64,000 nucleotides of DNA from the human T2T-CHM13v2.0 reference genome, Homo sapiens. The stretch lies in assembly GCF_009914755.1 (NCBI RefSeq), contig NC_060930.1; one strand, 5' to 3'. Under the pieces are notes generated by a model, which saw nothing but the letters and a program-made list of their open reading frames with translations, was not told where the DNA came from and did not search any database. Positions 59,501 through 64,000 of the stretch are shown here, one piece after another (positions within the stretch are counted from its first letter, which is position 1; every line of letters starts with the position of its first letter). The translations under genes were made by a program, and so were the position numbers.

Positions 59501-60147
59501 TACTGTGGTCTTGCAACTGGTCTTTCATAATGCTTTGCTTATGAAAATAATAATTTCTAGGTCAAGGCTATCACTAAGCACACACTTTGTCTTGCTCCCA
59601 AGGAAGACCAATACTTGGCTTTTACTATTTTTGAGTCCTTGAACTGTTTCCTTTTATTCTATATATACTACTTGGGCCACAAGCAGTAATCCAAGGCAAA
59701 CTGTACCAATCTATTTCACACTATGACCCTGTTGAGCTGAGATCACCCCATGAGTTTTCACATAGAAAAATGATCAGCTTGTTAAAAAAAAAAACAAAAA
59801 ACAAAAACAGTGGTCTATGTAATAGCAGTTTTGACCCAATGGTAGGAGTCTGTAACAGTTTCTCTTGGAGTGATTCATATATTATGAAATCTATTTTCAA
59901 ACATCATGGTACATTTCCCCACAACTTCCTTTAAAAAAAGATGGGCATAGACATTACAAGACAAAAATTGTTACATAAGCACATTACCCTTTAAATAATT
60001 TAAAGGAAACATGTTGGCTGAAAATAAGGCAGATTTGGAGCATACAAGAAGCCACAAAGGTGGCTTGTATACAGCTGCAACTTTAAGACCCTGAGAAATA
60101 ATCAAACTTCTATCGTACAATGACTGAATTTTCAATTTCATGTCTTT

Positions 60148-60320
60148 TAAAATTATTTTTTAAAAACAATTTCAATTTTGTTTTAGATTTGGGGGGGCAA
60201 GTACAGATTTGTTACATGGGTGTACTATGAGATGCTGAAGTTTGGGGTATGATTGATCCTGTCACCCAAGTAATAAGCATAGTACCCAACAGTCAGTTTT
60301 TCAATACTTGTCCCCTCCCT
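60148..60320 (-). mobile_element. Short old-primate L1 (L1PA15/16 or L1PB-like) 3' end
   Basis: gatttgttacatggg...gtcacccaagtaataagcatagtaccc; TSD caattt(c/t)atgtctt at 60133 and 60321. Confidence 0.8.
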
Positions 60321-60443
60321 CAATTTTATGTCTTGAAAGAAAAAGAAAACATGCACCCTGCAATTTATGTAATTTTTATAATTGTTACTTATAAAAATAT
60401 ATCCAAATTTAACTTCTACAAAATACCATTTTAATTTAATTAC

Positions 60444-60527
60444 CAGCTAGTAGGTCTGCCGATGCTGATGAACTAGAAGCAGCCTGAGATGCAGGTTGGG
60501 GTTCAGAAGCACTACTTCCAAATGCAT
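60444..60527 (-). CDS. SNAP91: AP180 exon DAFGSSASEPQPASQAASSSSASADLLA (84 nt, phase 1-1)
   Basis: ggatag|ATG ... CTG|gtaatt. Confidence 0.93.
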
Positions 60528-61334
60528 CTATCCGTTATCCATTGTGCAGCGGAAAAGTAAGAAAGTGTAAAAAGTAAGTACAGTAAGTAATTTAAGTATT
60601 ATGTAGAGAAATGCAGAGACATGACAGTGTACAGTGAGCTTGTCTTTTGTGGGTGTGTGAAATGATCACATGAATTGAATTATGCTCTGACCGGTTTATT
60701 CTCTCAAAAAGAGTTCTAAAATATTAACAAGTAATACCTCTTTGTAAGATTAAGGGAATTCTTTTTTTTTTCTAAGAATAAAATTTTTGGACTAAACCTT
60801 GTCATCTGTCAAAACAGAAGCAAGGTTTTAAACTTTTTACCTAAAGGTAATAAAACAGAATTTTTCCATTTAGAATTCTATTAAATGTTTAAAAAATTAA
60901 TAAACTTAATTCAAGGAGCAGCAATATGATTTGTACCTACATGTCAAGGTTTAGTGTTTATCTGACACAAGTCTTGAGCCCCTAAATGTCAGACACTGCA
61001 ACATCTTTGTATTCCTCATGTACGCATCATGGAATGTCCATGATGCTTCAATGTACAGGAGGTACTCAATGTGGGTTAAGCTTTCTAAGGATAGTATTTA
61101 AGCTCAAGAGCTAATTCAGTACATCTTCCTGCCCTCAGATAACACATAAAGGAAGAGGGAAATATATTTAAATCAGCAACACATTTTCCAATCCTTCTAA
61201 CTCTTTGTAAGGATAGCAAAACATTATAAATAAACCTACAGAATAATGTACAACATCTAGACTTATGCTTTCAGTTTTAACTGGCTTGTTTTCATTTCTA
61301 AATTATCTATTAATAGGTCATGTTTATTTGGCTT

Positions 61335-61417
61335 TTAAGAACTTAGAGATGTTGATTTAGCCAACAGATCAGGATCACCAAGGAAGAACAGTTGAAGGAA
61401 ATTCCAGTCAGGTAATT
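61335..61417 (-). CDS. SNAP91: Candidate alternative last exon ELPDWNFLQLFFLGDPDLLAKSTSLSS*
   Basis: ttttgttcttcatcctaatgtag acceptor; open in phase 1 for 27 codons; TAA then AATAAA at 61323-61328; prediction only. Confidence 0.4.
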
Positions 61418-61481
61418 CTACATTAGGATGAAGAACAAAAAGTTGAAAACACCAAGTGAAAAATTATGTGTTTTGTTAGGT

Positions 61482-61546
61482 CATGCACTGAAAGTTATGA
61501 TGAAATGATGAGGATGAAGATGATGATGACGAAGAAATGAAAATGA
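61482..61546 (-). promoter_or_regulatory. Intronic splicing element: 10x UCAU (NOVA-type YCAY cluster) plus UGCAUG (RBFOX)
   Basis: Plus-strand atga at 61497, 61500, 61505, 61508, 61514, 61520, 61523, 61526, 61537, 61543; catgca at 61482-61487. Confidence 0.7.
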
Positions 61547-61687
61547 TCTTAAAAACTTAAGTTTACATTTAAGAGACAGAATTTTATATAGCCTAAAGAA
61601 AAAATGATGAAATATAATAAAATAGATTTAAAAATTATTCTGAAGAAAAAAAGATTCCTTAAGTGTTGATGGAGGAGAAATACGCAC

Positions 61688-61771
61688 CCCCAAAAAGGTC
61701 TATGACACCTGAAGAATCCACCTTTGCTGGCGAGGCAGTGGTTGCAGGAGATGGTGCTGCAAATGCATCCA
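61688..61771 (-). CDS. SNAP91: AP180 exon VDAFAAPSPATTASPAKVDSSGVIDLFG (84 nt, phase 1-1)
   Basis: cactgcag|TGG ... GGG|gtgcgt. Confidence 0.96.
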
Positions 61772-62178
61772 CTGCAGTGAAGCACAGACAGGAAAAAGTG
61801 CATGTCACCCAAGGGAAAAGAAAACCATGAGCCTTGACAAATGGCATCTTGGGATTTCATGGTTCACTCCAGGCAGAAAGACTGTAGACAATCTTAACAG
61901 TTAAGGAAAAGCAAACGGGTTTTAAAATACACGCTCTCCAGAACAAAATAAAATTGACTCCTTGAGGTCAGAGGTTTCAGTGTGAAAAAAATTTTCACTA
62001 GCCTTAAATTTGAAATATTAACCCTCAACGGTTGATGATGGTCCCAAGAGTGAGTTTTTCTTTTGAAGTACATTTTAAATTTAAAAGAACTCAAGAAAAA
62101 CCCACATGTTATATCCTTCTCTCTATGCATTACTTCCACAAGACATCTCTGAAGTCCTGACCTTGGCAAAGCACTCAC

Positions 62179-62250
62179 CAGATAAGAGGTCAGCAGTGAG
62201 AGAACTCTCAGGCACAGGAGAGGCCCCTTGTGGTGGAGAGGAGAAAGCAT
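62179..62250 (-). CDS. SNAP91: AP180 exon DAFSSPPQGASPVPESSLTADLLS (72 nt, phase 1-1)
   Basis: ttttggaag|ATG ... CTG|gtgagt. Confidence 0.96.
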
Positions 62251-62414
62251 CTTCCAAAAGTGAAACAAACCAAAACCAAGCAGAGGTAAGTAGTAGAAAG
62301 CTGAAATCAAAGTCAAAAATCTAACAAATGCATTATCACAGGTGAGTACAAAGAGCTTAATCAGGAAAACATCTAAGAAACTAAAGTGAAAAAAAAGGGT
62401 TGCTTTGGTTTTAC

Positions 62415-62492
62415 CTGTACTAAACAGGTCTATGCTAGGAGCAGCATCTGGCTTAGGCGCTGCAGCAACTTCAGGAGTGGACTCAAATAAAT
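62415..62492 (-). CDS. SNAP91: AP180 exon DLFESTPEVAAAPKPDAAPSIDLFST (78 nt, phase 1-1)
   Basis: gtcttag|ATT ... CAG|gtaaaa. Confidence 0.96.
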
Positions 62493-62710
62493 CTAAGACC
62501 AAGAACACACATGCCTTTACTCAACTTGAACAATAAGCCTGACACAGCATCACTTCCCAGTCCTTAATTAGCACTTTGAAGAACTCTGAATTAAGCAGCA
62601 AATGGTTTCTAGAGAACCATTTAATTACACAGTCTTCATGCAGTACATCTCAAGGATCAGAATTCAATCCACTAGACGGAAAGAGGTCGACAACAATAAC
62701 AAAAAATTAC

Positions 62711-62974
62711 CACCAAAGATATCTAGAGCAGGAGGAGCAGTGGTGGCGGTGGCAGCGGAGGTGGTGGTAGTGGTGGTGGCAGCGGCGGTGGCAGCAGTAG
62801 TGGCAGCAGCAGCAGCTGCAACGGCAGGAGCAGGAGAAGGAGCAGTTGCGGGAACCGGAGGGGCTGTGCTAGCTGTAGGGGTAACTACAGGAACACTGGT
62901 CTCAGGTGGCTTCATTGCAAAGAGGTCCAGCTCAGGTGCAGCCTCTGCACTACCTTCAGACGGGGCAAAGGGGT
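62711..62974 (-). CDS. SNAP91: AP180 exon DPFAPSEGSAEAAPELDLFAM...poly-Ala/Thr...PPALDIFG (264 nt, phase 1-1)
   Basis: ttccaaaag|ACC ... GTG|gtaatt; DPF, DLF and DIF motifs. Confidence 0.97.
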
Positions 62975-63606
62975 CTTTTGGAAAGGAAAGTGGAGACACA
63001 CACAGCATCAGTAAGGAAAGAGACAAGAGACAGCATCATAACTATGGCAAGAGACACCTTATACAGATATTTACACACTAGCTAGGTGTGAGGCTCCTTG
63101 GATTTAACTACTATCCTACTGGCAGGGGTTAGTGATTAGGATGTTTTTCTAAAGAAAAAGGAAAACTTAGTAGGTACCACAAGTTAGCAAACTAAAGCAT
63201 TTTGCAAAGTGCCGTAAGATTAACCTACAGTCTAGGATCAGAGATTGCTATCCTTCAAATCTTCACTTTATTTGGTCAATCTGGTAGCTTTGAAAATTCA
63301 TTAAAACATGCCAATATATTTGAACTCAATGTTACAAAAGAGTACAATATAGCATTAGAAAAAAAAACATTAAGACAGCATACTTGCACTGACAAAAATT
63401 GTCAATCTTAAGAAATTGTCAATTTTGATAAGTATGTACTTCATTGTCTTAATGTTTTAAATGCTGGCATTATTTATTTAGTTATGATGAATGATACTTT
63501 ACACTCAGAAGAAAGTAAAATTAGAAAAACATATGGCCTCTTCTAACTACGGGGGTTTTACATTAGGACAGAAGAATAACAGACTGGCTAATGACTTTAA
63601 ACCCAC

Positions 63607-63714
63607 CATTTCCTGAACATGCATCAAGTGCTGCTGCTACAGGGGTTGGGGTAGCTGGTGCGGCGGCCCCTTCGGATGCTGCAGGGGCCTCCCCAGGAGA
63701 AGCTGCAAAGGCAT
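63607..63714 (-). CDS. SNAP91: AP180 exon DAFAASPGEAPAASEGAAAPATPTPVAAALDACSGN (108 nt, phase 1-1); gene continues beyond the window
   Basis: cacccaag|ATG ... ATG|gtgggt. Confidence 0.95.
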
Positions 63715-64000
63715 CTTGGGTGCGGTTTTTAAAACAGCAGAAATTAAAAGAATAAAAAGAGAAGAAAATACAGTAAAAGAACCAAGTTAAATTGTGAAGA
63801 AGGCTCCCTTATACAACATGAATTTTTAAAAATGCATTTTTATGGCCCATGCGCTGTCGGTGGTCACAAAACAATTATTCTTTGCACACCTTCATGTTAG
63901 TTAACATGCAAGTGATACAGTGTTGATACTGCTGAGGCCTAATAGGATCCAAAAGGTAATGAGATTCTCATTGTATAAGGGCTCTGAGAAGCATGTTTTA

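Noticed and set aside
61894-62508. 204-aa minus-strand ORF
   Set aside because: Only the 78-nt exon is in the AP180 frame; the rest is intron read-through and an out-of-frame exon
62602-63081. 159-aa plus-strand Ala/Val-rich ORF
   Set aside because: Antisense shadow of the low-complexity SNAP91 exon

Overview
Primate (human-like) genomic DNA. The right two-thirds (about 22.1-63.7 kb) hold the 3' half of SNAP91 (AP180, neuronal clathrin assembly protein) on the minus strand: 13 coding exons with GT-AG boundaries that join in frame (DAFAASPGEA...DPLADLNIKDFL*), plus a non-coding terminal exon of about 1.4 kb ending near an AATAAA at 22143-22148. The left third is an L1-dense intergenic region with two twin-primed (5'-inverted) L1PA elements, a full-length L1 that appears chimeric, a 770-bp polypyrimidine tract and a strong CTCF motif. 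Introns hold a complete THE1, several solo LTRs, Alus, and L1M/L2/MIR remnants. Almost all ORF-track entries are retroelement relics or antisense shadows. The most interesting signal is a candidate hidden splicing layer in SNAP91: (1) an in-frame alternative last exon (61417-61323) directly after a 10x UCAU cluster and a UGCAUG; (2) two frame-preserving microexon-shaped units (24 and 12 nt) with GTGAGT donors but GG in place of AG; (3) a frameshifting upstream acceptor resembling a rodent isoform insert; (4) FxDxF motifs assembled across symmetric phase-1 exon junctions. Three short, locally templated duplications were also found. Repeat subfamily names and cross-species comparisons are from memory, not database searches.
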